From Lingula anatina (Eukaryota > Animalia > Brachiopoda): 64,000 nt of DNA. The position numbers were made by a program, and so were the translations under genes. The stretch spans positions 18,250,534-18,314,533 of the forward strand of contig CM120644.1 of the NCBI GenBank assembly GCA_051362555.1, in the 5' to 3' direction. Below are positions 40,046 through 54,348 of the stretch, piece after piece. Below the pieces are notes generated by a model that made no database searches, had not been told where the DNA came from, and saw nothing but the letters and a program-made list of their open reading frames with translations. Within the stretch, counting starts at the first letter, position 1, and each line of letters starts with the position of its first letter.

Positions 40046-40146
40046 TTGGTATTTTGATTTTAGCACATTGTCCATTGAGTTGATCACAGAGAAGGGAAGT
40101 GTGGTGTTTATAAAGGTATATCTGGACGCCATAACACTCGAAAACT

Positions 40147-43100
40147 ATGAGAAGAACGATGTTAGCAAGGTAATTTAAAGGATGGACGCAAGCATATTGA
40201 ATAAAGAATAAAGCATTCTAGACCAACAGTCACTAGGTTTAAATGTTTAGATGGGGATTTCGTGGCCCCCGTTTTACAAAGAATCTTAAATATGTAGTTG
40301 ACTAGCTCGAACTGCGGTCTACTAGGAGTGTTTCACAAAGAATCTGAAGTCCTACAGTACTGTCTAGCTTTGTTTGCTTACAGAAATTGACGTAGGAACT
40401 CTTCAAGAAAAGGAGGTATATATAGAAAGATAAAAGGAAATTTGTTTTTGAACTTATTGATTGCTTAAACTTTAATACAATTTCAAAATAACAGTAAATA
40501 TTAGCTGGTCTTGAAACGTTAACGATGCAATATGACGTCTAGCGATCCAAAGTACTAGTATAAACAAACCGGCGATCTGCTGGGTGATATTTCATTAAAT
40601 TTCTTTTTTGATTTATAAAATCAACAAATTTCCGTAACATCCAAATATGTTATAACACAATATCTTGAAGAAGGTATGCACTTTCAATTCAATTACGTTG
40701 GTAACCAAACTCTTTGCCAGGGAACCCGACTTTTTGAAACGGGGGCTTGTCCCTAATTTGTGAAAAAAATCTCGTCATAGTTTAAGTGTGAAAGTTGCGT
40801 TGTTTACAGCATTTTTCCGGGAATTATTGCATCGACAGAACGATCGATGTGCCATTATTATTTACATGTACGTGGACCGTTCCTAACAGGACACTGCTTC
40901 CCCCTTTTTTTCTGGAAATTTTTGAACAAATCCGTTTGATATTGTAAAGGCTTTTTCCAACAGTATACTGACACGTATAGATCACAACGGTCGCGTGTTA
41001 CAAACAGGTGCGTGTATGCCTCCCCCCCCCCACCCCCCCCACCCCCCCACCCCCACCCCACAGCACTCTTTTATGTTAATAAGAAAACAAAGAAGCAGAT
41101 TTTTGTTCCAGCCTATGTTGGTTTTTCGCCGTCTTCAGGCGATTCACTTTGAGAATTACTCTCTTTGTCTGAATGTTTCTGTAAGTTTTAACAAAAAATA
41201 TGACTCCGACTATATGCATATATAAATGTATGTCTTTTATACTGTGTAAATATTGTACCCTAGTGAGCCTAGAAATTTATCCTCATTTATTGCTCATTCA
41301 GTGCTCAAGAAACTTATTTTTATAATTATTAGCTGAACTTTGCCGAACCGCATTCTGTTGTTGAATCTGGAATACGTGTAGCTTCACAAGTCTCATCTAC
41401 CTTCTTGATTCCTATCAGAGGGACTTGGCAGAAACCTCTCTTGTATAATATTTTATTTTACTCTTTTACCCCATGATTAATTGTTTTAATTCATCTTTCC
41501 GCTGAGTGAAAAGGGATATACAAATCCATCTTAATATTATTTGCTTTTACTCTTATGTCCTAGTTTTATTTTCGTTCTAGGTATGCCATCAAGGCGGTTG
41601 GCCTTGTGGCGTTTTTGGGTTTGTTGGCTTACCTTACCATCTACTGGAAAAACATCGTTTCTTTCACGGCAAACCTCCAGACAAAAACCAAACAGTCGGA
41701 CAAGGACCTAGAATGGAGTTATAGAGTCTTCATGGGATTACCGAGAAACTTGACCTGCGAAAGATGGATCGTTGTGGATGCGGGAAAACATGCATCCGCC
41801 CAACTAATTGAAAAAGCGTCTGATAGACTACATTTTCCCTGGTGCGCTATTGTAGTCTCAGATACGTTAACATCGTCACGTTCTTTGCATGTCATTTTAC
41901 CAAATAAACAAAACAGCATAGTATACTTAACTGGTGCGGCTAAATACAGCAGACTTTTCAAGTCCCCATTGAGAAGAAAAACGATCGGCTACTTGTTTGC
42001 TATAACCAGTGGAGCCACTATGATTTACGAGGACGATGGAGGAATGGGATATGAATGGCTGGCCTCTAGTCCACCCCTTGATAACAAAAGTACTGAGGCT
42101 CCTCTCGTTATACCAGCAGGTACAGTGAACTTTTGGAACCCATATTCATATTTCTACTCTGGAAGTGATGTCTGGCCTCGAGGTTTCCCAGGTAGCATGG
42201 CCAACCGTCCTGCCTGCAATGCTCCCCCGGTGCCATACGCACTGCGTAATTCAAGGGTATTACTTGTGCATTATCTCATAGATGGGTATGCCGATGTGCC
42301 AGAAAAAATTCTCAAGTCGCCATTGAAATTTGACAAATCCATTAGTGGTCCAGTAGAAGTGCAAGAAGGCACATTTGTACCCTATAGCCACCATTCGACG
42401 CTACATATGTATGATGCCTTTTGGGGACTTCTAGTACCCACTACATGTGAGATGTCGATATCTGTTATTATTCGTGGTTATATCACTCAAAGACTGCTGT
42501 GGGACATAAACGGCAGCATGTCGGTCTCGCCGCCCTGGACAAAGAGAACAAACCCATCCCGTCAAACACTGTGGAAAAGCTCTCATACATCTAACAAAAC
42601 TGTAATCGAAATAGTCAAACACTTAATGGCGTGGTCTAGCAAGTCGCCATCAATTGATACGAGGTTGAAAGAACTGTATCTACATTTATTCGAGAAAGGA
42701 ATCATTTTGAAAGAAGATCTGATGATATTAGACACCTGGATAGAGTTGCTGACGGCAGTTGGGTATGTCTTCCCGCGAGCCAGCGTACCAAGTTGGGCTG
42801 AAAGAAGGGCGATGGCCAAACCTTGGGACGGAGTACGGTTATGTGTTCATTTCAATCATGTCCCCAACATGCAAGCATTTACAACACTGTATCAAATGTA
42901 CAGTAGACATTTTAAAGAGATATCATTCACTGGGGAAGGCACTAGGCAACCGTTTATGGACCCAAGTGTTCATTTTCTGCCCTGTAACGATCAAGAAGGT
43001 GGCATTTTTCTGCATCGTTGTCTTCCTAAGCACTTAACGTATGGTGGGTTTGGAAACAATAGCACGCCGTATCTTTTTGTAAGTGATGATACCTTCTTCA

Positions 43101-43651
43101 ATCTTTCATCCTTTTTGTCCTATCGCCGGGATGTTCTGTGGATATTGGGACCTTTACAAACACTGGACATTGACGTCACGTGGCCAGATGGGTGGCGTTG
43201 GTGGCCGTTGCCGTACGGTGGCGCTGCGCTGCGGAGAATAATCGATATTCTGCCTGGAGAATGGAGGGACCACTTGGCTCTCGTGAAAAATTGGACACTA
43301 TCAGGAAAACGATTGATTTCTAGGTATAACGCAGATACTGTATTCATTCCAAATAACCAGTACAAAACACGTTTTATTGAAGTTTTAAAATGGTTGATGG
43401 GACCGAACATGCCACGATTATTTGCTGAAATCGCTACCCCATTGCTAGTTGACCTTATAACCACCGAGAAGCCGGACCGACCCGATGTCATTCAATTAAA
43501 AAACAATCATCCCCGTGCTGGTCTCGATACGGCACTTAAGGCGCGGTCGTGCAATTTACTTCATCCTTTAAAGTTGTCCAATGACAGGAATAGGCTAATT
43601 TGGCTGTCCATGTTTAAGAGTGTGGAAAGGATTTTACAGACGCCTCCATAG
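40147..43651 (+). CDS. STELLO-like (DUF288) putative glycosyltransferase, paralog; coding exons 40147-40169 + 41581-43651
   Basis: Micro-exon MRRTMLAR (AG|GTAATT), acceptor TTCTAG|G at 41581, in frame with YAIKAVGLVAFLGLLAYLTIYW and ORF 41606..43651. Same motifs as the minus-strand copy (YEDD instead of YDDD). Confidence 0.85.
40263..40746. mobile_element. MITE, PIF/Harbinger-like termini, in the STL' intron
   Basis: GCCCCCGTTTTACAAAGA ... CTTTTTGAAACGGGGGC; empty site at ~23825. Confidence 0.6.
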
Positions 43652-43929
43652 TTGAACTGAAAATGTCATGATGAATAAAAATTGGCAAATGCCAATGATA
43701 TGGTATTTGATCGGAGCTTTTACAGTGTGACTGCATTGTATATGCTGCGAACCACCAGACGTATGGCATTATTATCTCTGCAGATTAATTAACAGATTAT
43801 TTACATTGTGTATTATATAATAAATGGGCCTTTATTGACAGAAAGTTTCATTTTTTATCTTTCATCCCTGACGTCACCTCTTGTATATGAGACATCAGGT
43901 TAATTGCCTCGACCAGTAGTCTAAGAGAT

Positions 43930-44520
43930 GCCAGAACCTGGTCAGACGTCATTAGAATCGAGATGTATTTGATGGAGAAGTTCATTTTTTGCTATACCAT
44001 ATCGATTGTCGAATGTGAGCCCGTCGATAATTTGGGGGATGCCTTTTGGGAGAGTGTGTGCAGGGAAATATCATCAAAGTGCTGGATCAGTCCACGTTTA
44101 AGGTGCAGTCCATGTTCATGGCTTTTGAAAATCGTTCATTCCGGAACAGAGCGTTAATTGCGCCATGTCTACAAATTTCATCATGACAACGGCCTTGCTC
44201 ACAGCTCTCGGCTTTGGGTTGAGTTGTTGCAGAAACAACGTTCTGGGGTTTGAACAAACATCTTTGATCTCGAATACTAATTCTATTAAAAGGACCTGAG
44301 GGATGATTCCGAGTGCACAATGCAGGAAAGAATCATCTCCCTAACAACCTGAAATAACTTTACCAAGCTGTTATGGAAGAAAGGGATAGTATCCTTCATA
44401 ACTGACCTGCTTGTTGGAAGCAATTATATCTGCAGATTTGCAGATATAATTGCAGTGCCTCATCGGATCGCATGCTACTAGACATGTGCATTTTGATGCT
44501 TATTGCGTATCGATTTGAAT
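43930..44520 (+). mobile_element. Degenerate Tc1-like relic (mirror of 20400-21020)
   Basis: YKFHHDNGLAHSSR motif at ~44170; reverse-complement homology to the left arm. Confidence 0.5.
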
Positions 44521-46469
44521 GCGTTAAGTGGTATTTTAAAAGTTTGATGATTATTTTTACTTTTATGGAAAATTACTGTGGAAGGCTATATTTGAGGGGT
44601 TGCATGTTCTTAATTTAAATAAATAAGGTTAAATATAAATATCTTCAAAGGAAATTGGGCTTTTTTAACCTTAAGTCATCTCCAAGTTGGTTGATGGAAC
44701 AAAAAATACTAATCAGACTGCCATGTGATTATTTGTAAACAAACGCACATCAGATTGATGGTAGAACAACTCAAATGAGCCTGAGTGAGTCATCCAGCCG
44801 TTTCGGGGATATGCGACTATAAAATATTTGCCCTTGAGGAAGCAAAATATAACCGTGCAAGAGTGTATTGGATCTAATGTAAAACAAGTCTCATCATTTT
44901 GAGAAAAATAAAAAAACGAGACATTTATTTTATCGTTTTACTTGCCACAGACAATTAAAACAATTAATGTTATTTAAAAACTAATTTATGTAGCCAAATG
45001 TTCACAAGCACAACGAAGCTCTGTTTTTGCTCCAAATTAAGTAAGATAAGTCCATATGACTGAAATTGTCATTTATTAATGACGAAAACTAATAAGATAC
45101 AAAGTTACAAAATTGGGGAGATAATCAAACATCCCCCAAACTATATAAGTGCCAAATATAAAAATAATAAAGTATGTTACTGAATGTAACCAGGATTAAT
45201 TATGAAAAATATGAGAAATTACAACAGCTATAGGAGCAAAAAGTTGGCGCAAATGAAAATAAAAAGTGGCTGGGGAAAACTAAACAATCCGAAGAAAATA
45301 AAGTCACCAAGTAACAAATAGCCCTCCCCAAATCTTGAAACCACAAAAGTGATGACTGGTAACCAGTGTACAAATAACAATAAAGAAACGTAAGTAATAA
45401 TACAGTGTAGCTGCTAAAACTGCGGGTAAATATATCCGCAGCTACAAAGCTGAATGACTTCTCACTGAATGCAGCTCATTGGAATTTGTCTCCAAAACAT
45501 CTTTCATAGAATATACATGTGTGTGCCTTGATACACAGCAGCTAAGACATTCCTTAACCCTGGACATCTGTTATCACCTTGCCTTGGTCAACTACTTAGG
45601 GTCAAAATGTGCAGACACAAGACCCAAACAAAACGTTGATGTATTACCAAAAAAGTTAAAAGCACCACTAAAACAAACCATTTGCTACATAAATACAATT
45701 AATTGTCTTAATTGTAGTTATATAGTGCTAATTTTCTACTGTAGATCTCCAGTAATTTATTGTAACGTTATATTTCGCCATGATTTTTATAAATGCAATG
45801 TATTTGTAGAACAATTGCTGTTCAGGGACGACCTCGATTCCATATCTGCCACAGGGGCCAAATGCCAAGTGTAGAAATGCGTTATTCGCCTATTTATAAT
45901 GTTCGTATTTAAGAATTCTTCAGAGCCATTAGTCGCCAAAGTTTTGGTAAAAGAAACAACCATGCGATTTGTCCATCACGACTTAAGATGTTCACTGTTG
46001 CTTTATCAAAAATGTGCCTTTTCGATTAAAAGGTGTTCTTCAAAAGCAATTAGGTCAGCAGACACCACATGAAACCAAATAGGATATATACAATATGGCC
46101 ACACGATACTCCTTGGTATATTGGAACTGGTCTGGCTATTCGGTCGGCTCAGTAGGAACGTTCCTTTTGTACAGATTTAATATGGAATATTTCAGTTTCA
46201 AAGTACGCCTAGGTAAAAATGTGTTCTTTTAAAAAAACTCCGATCTCATATAAGATATGTGAATGGAGTAGTGTGTAGTCAGGTGTTTATAGCTACCAAT
46301 TAACTGATTACCTTGTCTGTTGCGCTGCTGAATTTTGTAATATACAGTGATTTAATTGGATAGTGCTCCTTTGGGCTGATCAAAACCTGGCATTGGCAAG
46401 ACATGTTTCTCTCAAAAAAGTATCCATATGTCGGCAATTACTGCATAGAAGAATTTGAAATTTTGCATG

Positions 46470-47100
46470 TAAGCGGTCGTTTCTACAGTGCGTAAAATGA
46501 GCTAAGCAGCATTTTACAACATTGTTAATCTGTGTCAGAATGGCCCTAAAAATAGAGACATTGCCAGACAGATTATTTGCGCCAAACGCAACGGTCCTCA
46601 GAGTTTTATAGAGTAATTCCCAGACTGATGCACCCACACAGAGGTCACACCCAATGCGCCGAAACCTTACCACTAGGGTACAGGACCCACTGTCTTTCAG
46701 GATATGCTGCTGCAACTAAACAAAAGCCACCCAGTCTGTTCAGAATGAGCGGCAAATTGCCACCAGATCGCGTTTTTCAAGGACCCTAGCGAATACCAAA
46801 CAGGTTAAATATCAGATGACCTCCGAAGAACCCACTGTAAATAGCAAAACATTGTCGTTGACCGATGCCTGGCACGTTATTCCAGATTGAACTCTAAAAA
46901 CCCTTTCCAAGGAATGCCTTGTCGCTTGAGAGCGCTGGTAGCAGCCAGAAGAAGTCAGGCGTAACATCTACAATTGCTTTGACTAGACACTGACTTGAGG
47001 GTCCTTTTTGGGGCGTGTAGCTCTTTAACTAACGATTATTTGGAAAATCGTTTTTAATGGTTGTCGCATGGCATAGAATAGGCAATATATTTTGTTTGCT
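46470..47100 (+). mobile_element. Degenerate Tc1-like 3' fragment, right-arm specific
   Basis: WHVIPD*TLKTL / QGMPCRLRALVAARRS at ~46870-46960 resembles a Tc1 transposase C-terminus. Absent from the left arm. Confidence 0.45.
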
Positions 47101-47954
47101 TCACTGGAGAATTCAATTAATAAACTGATGTCAAAATGCCATCAAAGAGATCATTAAAGGATATCAAGTCTGTGTATTTGTGTGACCAAAGGCCACCCGT
47201 CGCGTACCGCTGTTTACATCAACGTCATAACACGCGAAGTGGAATATGTGGTATGAAGAATATTGGCGGAGGATGACCACGGTTTAAATTTGCGCCTATC
47301 TGTTGGATCATTCGGGGTGTGACATAATTTCATGTCACATCAAACAAAACATTAAACTGCCAGTTTATCCCGCCTATTTTTATTGATATACAAAAGTTTA
47401 TAATTATGATACATGTACTAGAGTAGTAGTTATGGCTCTCGTGGCAAAGCATCCATGTTCCAAGCATCAAAATTATATGTGAAATAACCATAACCATAAG
47501 GATTCATCAGTTGTATATGAAAACGGAAATCCCTCATTAAACGTAAATGTAGAGAAATGAAGAGAGCAAAAGACATGCACTTCGGACAGGATGATTCAAT
47601 GGTTTAATCTTAATAAGATATACATCTATATGATAACCAAGCATAGAGAAGAGCCAGTAGGTAAATTTTAATATGGGCATGCCTTATCTTTGCTTGCCTG
47701 GCACCGTTCCGAGAAGATTCAACTTATAGGGAAAAATGAGCTGATTTAAAACGTTGAAACTGATATTCTTATACGGACAAACTACAAATATCTCACGCAC
47801 CTATCATATCTAAAACACAACATAACAACAACACATCCAAATGCTAATTGGCAAAAACAAAGGAAATAATGCACGTCTAAAAATTCAAAAGGTAAAATGA
47901 AATCTAACCAAAAGGCCATCCCTGATTACAGGGGCACGTCTTTATGATCGCCGG

Positions 47955-49053
47955 TGTAGCGTGCCGTAGAGTCCGGCCCTTTCAGAGTCCGGCGGACCCT
48001 ATGTTTTAAAACTGAGTGTCCGGCAGACACTCAGTTTTAAAACGTAGGGTCCACGGATACTAAGTTTTAAATCTGAAAGTCCGGGGGACTTCCTATATTA
48101 AAACGTGCAGTCCGCAGACGTTCAGATTTAAAATGAACAGTCCGCTTTGAATCGCAGGGTCCCCCTTACTGTTGCACTTTAGGCAAAAGAAAATCGAGTT
48201 TAATTCGTACACATAAGGCAATATTCCTTATTTTTTGCAATATGTATGCTTTATACATTTCATTGAAGTAATAGTTCTATTGATGCAATATAATTGTAAC
48301 TAATTATCAATATAAATATATTTTTTTTAATTAAAAAAAGACAAAAATACAGAAAACCTGTTTTAACTGGGTGTTTATTGTTTACAATCTTCTTTGTTGT
48401 ACAAAATACTCAATTATGTAATTCTTTAATATTTAACTGGTTTCAGCTTCGCCTTCAGCTCTGAAATTCAAAAAGTCAACGTGCTATAAATGCTGACCAA
48501 ATTGATCATGAAAACGCAATGACAATAAATATTAAGTTGATGTTTCAATAGCTAATATTGTTTTTATAGAACAAATAAAAGATGCCATTAACATTTTAAA
48601 TTTTTTAAAGAAAAATCACCCATTTTCGCTGTACTGCTTTAGCTGACCAGCACCCACAGCCAAGGGAAAAAGTTTAAGAGACTTTTTCCTTCGTAAATTT
48701 TCCAGAATATACGTGCTGTTTGACTTTTTTGCCACTATTGTGTATGGCCCCATGTACCTTGGGGCAGCTTTCCCTCCCTTTCTATCTTCCCTTCTAAGGT
48801 TTTTCTTTAACACTTTAATTCAAATTTGAAAGTCCTTCGTGAAAGATATGAAAAATGGTATGTATTATCGATGGTTAAAACTAATCTATGCCACACACCA
48901 GTAACAATACGTACTATAAAGGAAATAACACAATATCAATGTATTTGATAAAGATATAGATTTTCTGTGAAAATAATAAAATACTAAAGTTTTAGTCCTA
49001 AGTGTATCATTAGCAAGAAATTAATTCCTACCTCACTCTGGTGTCTCAGGTCG

Positions 49054-49131
<78 letters not shown>

Positions 49132-50937
49132 CCTTTCTTGGACAGCACGGATTCAACACTGAACAGATGTACTTGTTTGCATTGTACGATTTATCCACTG
49201 CCACAAGGTCAATTCCAATCTGTAATAGATATTTGATAATAACATTAATATAAAGTAATATCTGTGTTAAAGGAAAAAGGCATTGCTGCTGTGTTAAATT
49301 TTGGCCTGTCATATAAAATAATTGATGGATAACCATTTCATAATCTTTATTAAGCGTTTTTTTTCTATATTTTTCATGTGAAATTATTAAAAAGGGGTAA
49401 CTACCTGGCTCCATGGCTTACAAATAGACACTGGTACTGGGTGGAGAGGAGGTTTGGTGCTCTTAGCTTTTGGATTTTGCATTTGACATCTATGGCACCT
49501 AGCTATGTATTTTTTTACATCATCTGACATGCGATGTAAAAAGAAATGTTGCTGCACTTTGAGGAGAGTCTTTGTGACTCCCATGTGACCACCTACATTA
49601 AAACATTAAAAGAGACATGAAAGAAAATGCAAAATACTAAAAGCCTATAATGCCAACCAAATAATTTTAAAATATGATAAGTCTGCACATAAGTTGCGCC
49701 CTTACTTTCGTCATGTAATTGCTTTATTAATGTGTGCTTCTCCACAGAATTTTCCACAACTTTTCACCACTTTCCGTTAGTGACCGTGGGTCCTCCATCC
49801 TCTACATTCTTGATTTTCTGCTCGGTTCTGTACAATAGGATTCCATCTTGTAGCTAAATAAAAAGGGAAATTAAGAAATACACTATGCGTGCTGCATTAA
49901 ATAGAGACGAAAAGGTTGATACGAAATAAGAAATGCTTGTGCTATCATGCAGTTACAGTGTCTTAATATACACCCAATGAACACTTTTGTACAATGCTTC
50001 TTGCATAATGAAAGTATATGACAACCTGCAAATGAACAGTCTGAAACAGTGTTAAATACGCAGCTAGTATTTTGTTTACATTGTAATGATTTTTAGCGGT
50101 GCGTCTCAACGTTTTAGCGTTCAACGTTTCGCCAGCTTGGTACTTCCCCTCTTATAAATACAACCGCAACGCCTTAAGATCCATCGTGAGTTGACTGCGA
50201 GTAAGATAAACCCTCCATAAATATATAGGTCTCGTGTGTGAAATGTGAAAATTCCCTATGGCGTACCCATTAAAACACGGGTGTGTATCTTTAGGTGGGT
50301 TTAGCTTTTACGTTGGTTTATCTAGTGAATTCAGTAATATACACCAAGCGTAAAATGAGCTTGCCCATCGAAAAGTATTCACTAAATATCATGATAGAAT
50401 AAAAATAACATTGGGATATCGATAAAAAGGACCAATTTTAGTTAAATAATTTGTTTATAGAAACGCTCTGAGACTAAAGGGGCTTCTGTGTGATACGAAC
50501 CTGTTTACTAACCATATCCATACCAGCTGCTTGAGAGCCTCTATTCCATCGCTGCATCTCTGCCACTGTACCACGAAGGAAGCTGTGCCGAAAACTCGAA
50601 ACACCGTGACTCTTATTGTCAACGCCCTTTCGTGTTCAGTAGTAATACAATATGAATATTTATGACTATGTTAATGAACACTTAATAGATTTATAAATAT
50701 TTAAATTAGAGGACAAGCACGGACTCTGAGTTTTGCTATAGTTGTAACGTGACAGAAAGTCCGTGTAATAGAGAGTCCGGGGGACCCTCTATTACACGGA
50801 CTCTCTGTCACACTAGAGGGACCCTATATTTTAATGAGGACTCCCTGTTTCAGAAACCAGGGGTCCTACGGACCCCTGGTTTCTGAAACCGGGAGTCCGC
50901 GGACTCTATGTTTCGACGGACTCTGTGTCACGTTACA
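47955..50937 (-). mobile_element. Ginger1-like DNA transposon (Gypsy-type integrase, intron-containing, probably defective)
   Basis: Termini TGTAGCGTG...CACGTTACA with CCGG TSD (47951-47954, 50938-50941). Fragments GHMGVTKT...CHRCQ...PPLHPVPV (integrase H2C2 zinc finger) and KAAPRYMGPYTIV..STYIL (GPY/F). Splice-like boundaries. Empty site after the gene B stop (18574ff). Confidence 0.85.
49056..49129. repeat. (TA)n microsatellite inside the Ginger element
   Basis: Direct reading. Confidence 0.95.
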
Positions 50938-50942
50938 CCGGC

Positions 50943-52852
50943 TTAATAACGAGCGCCGAAAATGAGATCAGAGGCGCTGGGCTCTTGACCAACAAAGTAG
51001 TCCTCGAAAGCGTCTATGAACTCGTTGGTATCAATCACACCATCCTTATTCCAATCAGTGGCATCAAATATATATTGAGCCTTAGCAGTGTTACGGAAAA
51101 CAGTAAGGAAGTTGTAATACTCATCTACCATCAATTTGCTATCGCAATCGAGATCAAACGCGCCAAACCAATCGTATGCAAATTTTACTGTCTCTTCTCT
51201 TAAGCTTATATTAGTGAGTTCATCTTCGTCAGCCCAAAGCATTTCTTCAAATGTGATGGATTTGGAATAGTTGTTGTATTCATTTGACCACCACAAGTAA
51301 TACGCACTAGACGATATACCATTCACCGCCATGGCTCTCCAAGACGGGAGAACTTGCTGAGCTCGCTCTGTTGTTAAATCGATGCATTCCTCTTCAGTCA
51401 ACCTTCCATTTTCATCAACGTCCATGATATCAAAGAATTGTTTGTACTTGAAAATCCAGTGCGCACTGAAGTTTCCTTTGGGGTTCTAGAATACGAAAAG
51501 GTATTATAAAATTAACACGATTTGAACACGGCTGGTAAGGCATAACATTATCTATATTGTCTCTTTACGACTGTGTTTATAGCCGCAGTTGATAAAAATA
51601 ATCATTACGTTAAACACCATACCCAAGTGATTGGCGCTGTTTATTGCAGTTAATTCCATTACCATTTGAAGTTTACCCTGCGCTAATTCATCGTATTAAA
51701 TGATGAGATCTATTTAAGATAAAACAATGAATTGTCAGTTATTATTTTCTATGCGTTACAAATGTACAAGTGTTTCTTATAATATATTTAACCCCTGCCC
51801 TTTAACTGTCGCACTTTGTTGTCCCTTTACTGTTTACAGTAGCCGTTTACGATTCTTGTAGACACCTGATTTAAAGTAGTCTTCAGGGTTAATACTTAAT
51901 ATGGAATATTGTTTTTGGCGAGTAAATTTTCTACAAAATATTTATTTTCTCTCAAACTATTTAAATCCGAAACTGACGTGTCACTTAATGTGTAGCCAGG
52001 CGAGCTACCTAATTACCACTCGAAACAACTCGTGCATGCAGTTCAATGTCCTGCGATCAGAAATGGGAGGGGTGGTCTTCTCTGGAATTTCTGCCCTTGT
52101 ATAAAAACGCATGGGTTTGGTCAATCTTTGGAGGATATTTCGAGCAGCAACAAAGAGATCGGTCTGAAACTTGACAGGTAGCTTAGAGAAGACATCTTTC
52201 GACGTCTAAGCAACTCAGCTTACTATGGGAATCTTGCTCTCAGAGAAAATGGCCAACACGGTCAGCCATTGACAGGCAATTTAACATTTATCAGGGAACC
52301 GTTAGTGAAGACTAGGGTGCAAGCAGGTGGTGGTAGGCTCTCTGTTTGGGGAGCATTTCATTTCGGTGCCCAGAACCAGTTGGTTTTCTAGAAAGCAACC
52401 TACACAGAGACATTCTACAGCAAACAATGCTTCACTTTGTAAGCGCCATCTTCAGGAACAACTCTGTGTACCAACACGACTACGCATCCCCACATCGTAC
52501 TCGCAGAATTTCTTCAAAAGCAATGGGTTCAGCAAACTCCCCAGATATGAACTCAACTGAAAATATGTGGGCAGAAGTCATCAGCCGGTAAATCGTGATG
52601 AACTACGACAGGCAAATTTCACTGCGTGGAATGATATCCCCATCCAAACTCTGAAAAGCTTGTCACAGGGTATGCCATGTAGGGTGAGGGCGCTGCATAA
52701 AAAATCCCATATTAAGTATTAACTTTGTAGCTTCCTAATACTCAACACACCGTAGCAAATCGTGTTTGGAGCTCTACCTTCACCATTTTTGAGGAACAGA
52801 GAGTTTGAACAACCATTAGTAGGAGCAGAACTCTCAGATTGCTGGAGGACAT
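50943..52852 (-). CDS. Secreted SCP-like EF-hand protein, subtype B'; coding exons 52852-52778 + 51485-50943
   Basis: Exon MSSSNLRVLLLLMVVQTLCSSKMVK, donor GTAGAG, acceptor TTCTAG|AAC, in frame with ORF 50943..51425; paralog of gene B. Confidence 0.88.
51889..52722 (+). mobile_element. Internally deleted copy of the intronic Tc1 element
   Basis: Same TIRs and insertion site as 16117-17625; FRNNSVYQHDYASPHRT and ANSPDMNSTENMWAEV motifs. Confidence 0.8.
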
Positions 52853-54348
52853 CCTTACGAACTTTATTCTGTTAAGATATCTAAAACAAAAATAACAACA
52901 GACTTAAATTATATAACCCATTATTCGTTGAGTGGGAAATACAAGTTTATATAGCACAGTGTCGGTGTTAGGGGGGGTCAGGGGGATCCTAAAAATATAT
53001 CACACAAAAATTCCCCACTTATAGTTCTAAACTGTTCCAAAGGTTACTGAGGTTACTGTTTGCTCTCCAAAACACCATGAATTGTTCGGGGCTCTTGAGC
53101 AGGCCCCACACCATAGGGGGGAGGTTGTCGTTTCGGACCCCCTTCAAATAAGCTTGGATCCGTAGCACGTCCTTTCATAAAGCTAACTATCGCTAACAAA
53201 GTATTTTCTGCATTTTCGTAAGGCCTACATGATGCAAATTTTACAGCACGCAAACAACGCCTGCTGTCTACCTGCTGTTTTTCCAATCAATCTTTTCTGA
53301 TGTTTTGTATGAGCGTTGTCTATTTAAATACAATCTGTCGCATTACTGTCGGATTTAAGATAATTAGTCACGCTTGCCCCCCATTCGACATGTTATATAT
53401 CCCCTTTCTCTTTCACCTCTAAATATTTACATTTCAACTTTAAATGAAAACATCAAACTACATTTTACAGTATACCGGCTATGACGCAAAAGTCAAACTT
53501 TTGAAAATCATAATCAAAAGCAGATAATCTTTTTTGATAAAGACAGAGAGATAGATATATAGACAGATAGATAGATACTTTTAGAAGAAAAACTCGAGCA
53601 AGCGGGAAGACAGCAGGCGCTGTTTATGAAGGACTGGTATGTCCCCAGACCCACGTCCTCCCGTTCCGGAGGCGAACTTTCCGACCACAGGGCCATCTGA
53701 TAGATAAATAGATAGATAGATTGGTCATCAAACATCACAAAGGAAATAAACGTTTTTATAATCAATAAAAGGAAATAAAAGTTAAACATGGTTGTCAACA
53801 AACACAAATACCAAACAAAAATGTTTATTTGTAGTTAACTATGATGCGAACAATGAAACGCTGACATTCAATAATAAATAAACATTTCAACGTATACACT
53901 CAACAGCGCTTAAATAAATATTTCTGAATTAAAATGTATGAACTAAAGATGAACAAATTTGCCTTGACTTTGGTAATTACCATATTATAATTGTGAAGAG
54001 CCGTCCACCGGTTGATTTTGAACAAGAAAGTTAGGACATATTACCTTAAAATATACAAAGGGAGACATGCACATCAGAAAGGATGATTAAATGGTTATTC
54101 TAAATAAGATATACATCATATGCAAAGCAAACAGTAAAGCTAATGGTTAAAAACGATAAAGGCATGTCGTATGTCTTTTTTTTGTCTCACACTGTTCCGA
54201 GAAGAATCAACACAGTAATGGTGTTTTTTTTATGCGGAGAGGCAACAGCTAAGCAAGTACATTTACATTTTAAAAGTTCAGAGGTTAATATGCAATTTAT
54301 AATCAAAATGGTCATGGCCAAATTAAGTTTTTTTTTTTTATCACACGC

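Noticed and set aside
48616-49584. Gypsy LTR retrotransposon
   Set aside because: No LTRs, gag or RT seen; TIRs plus a CCGG TSD and intron-like interruptions fit Ginger1.
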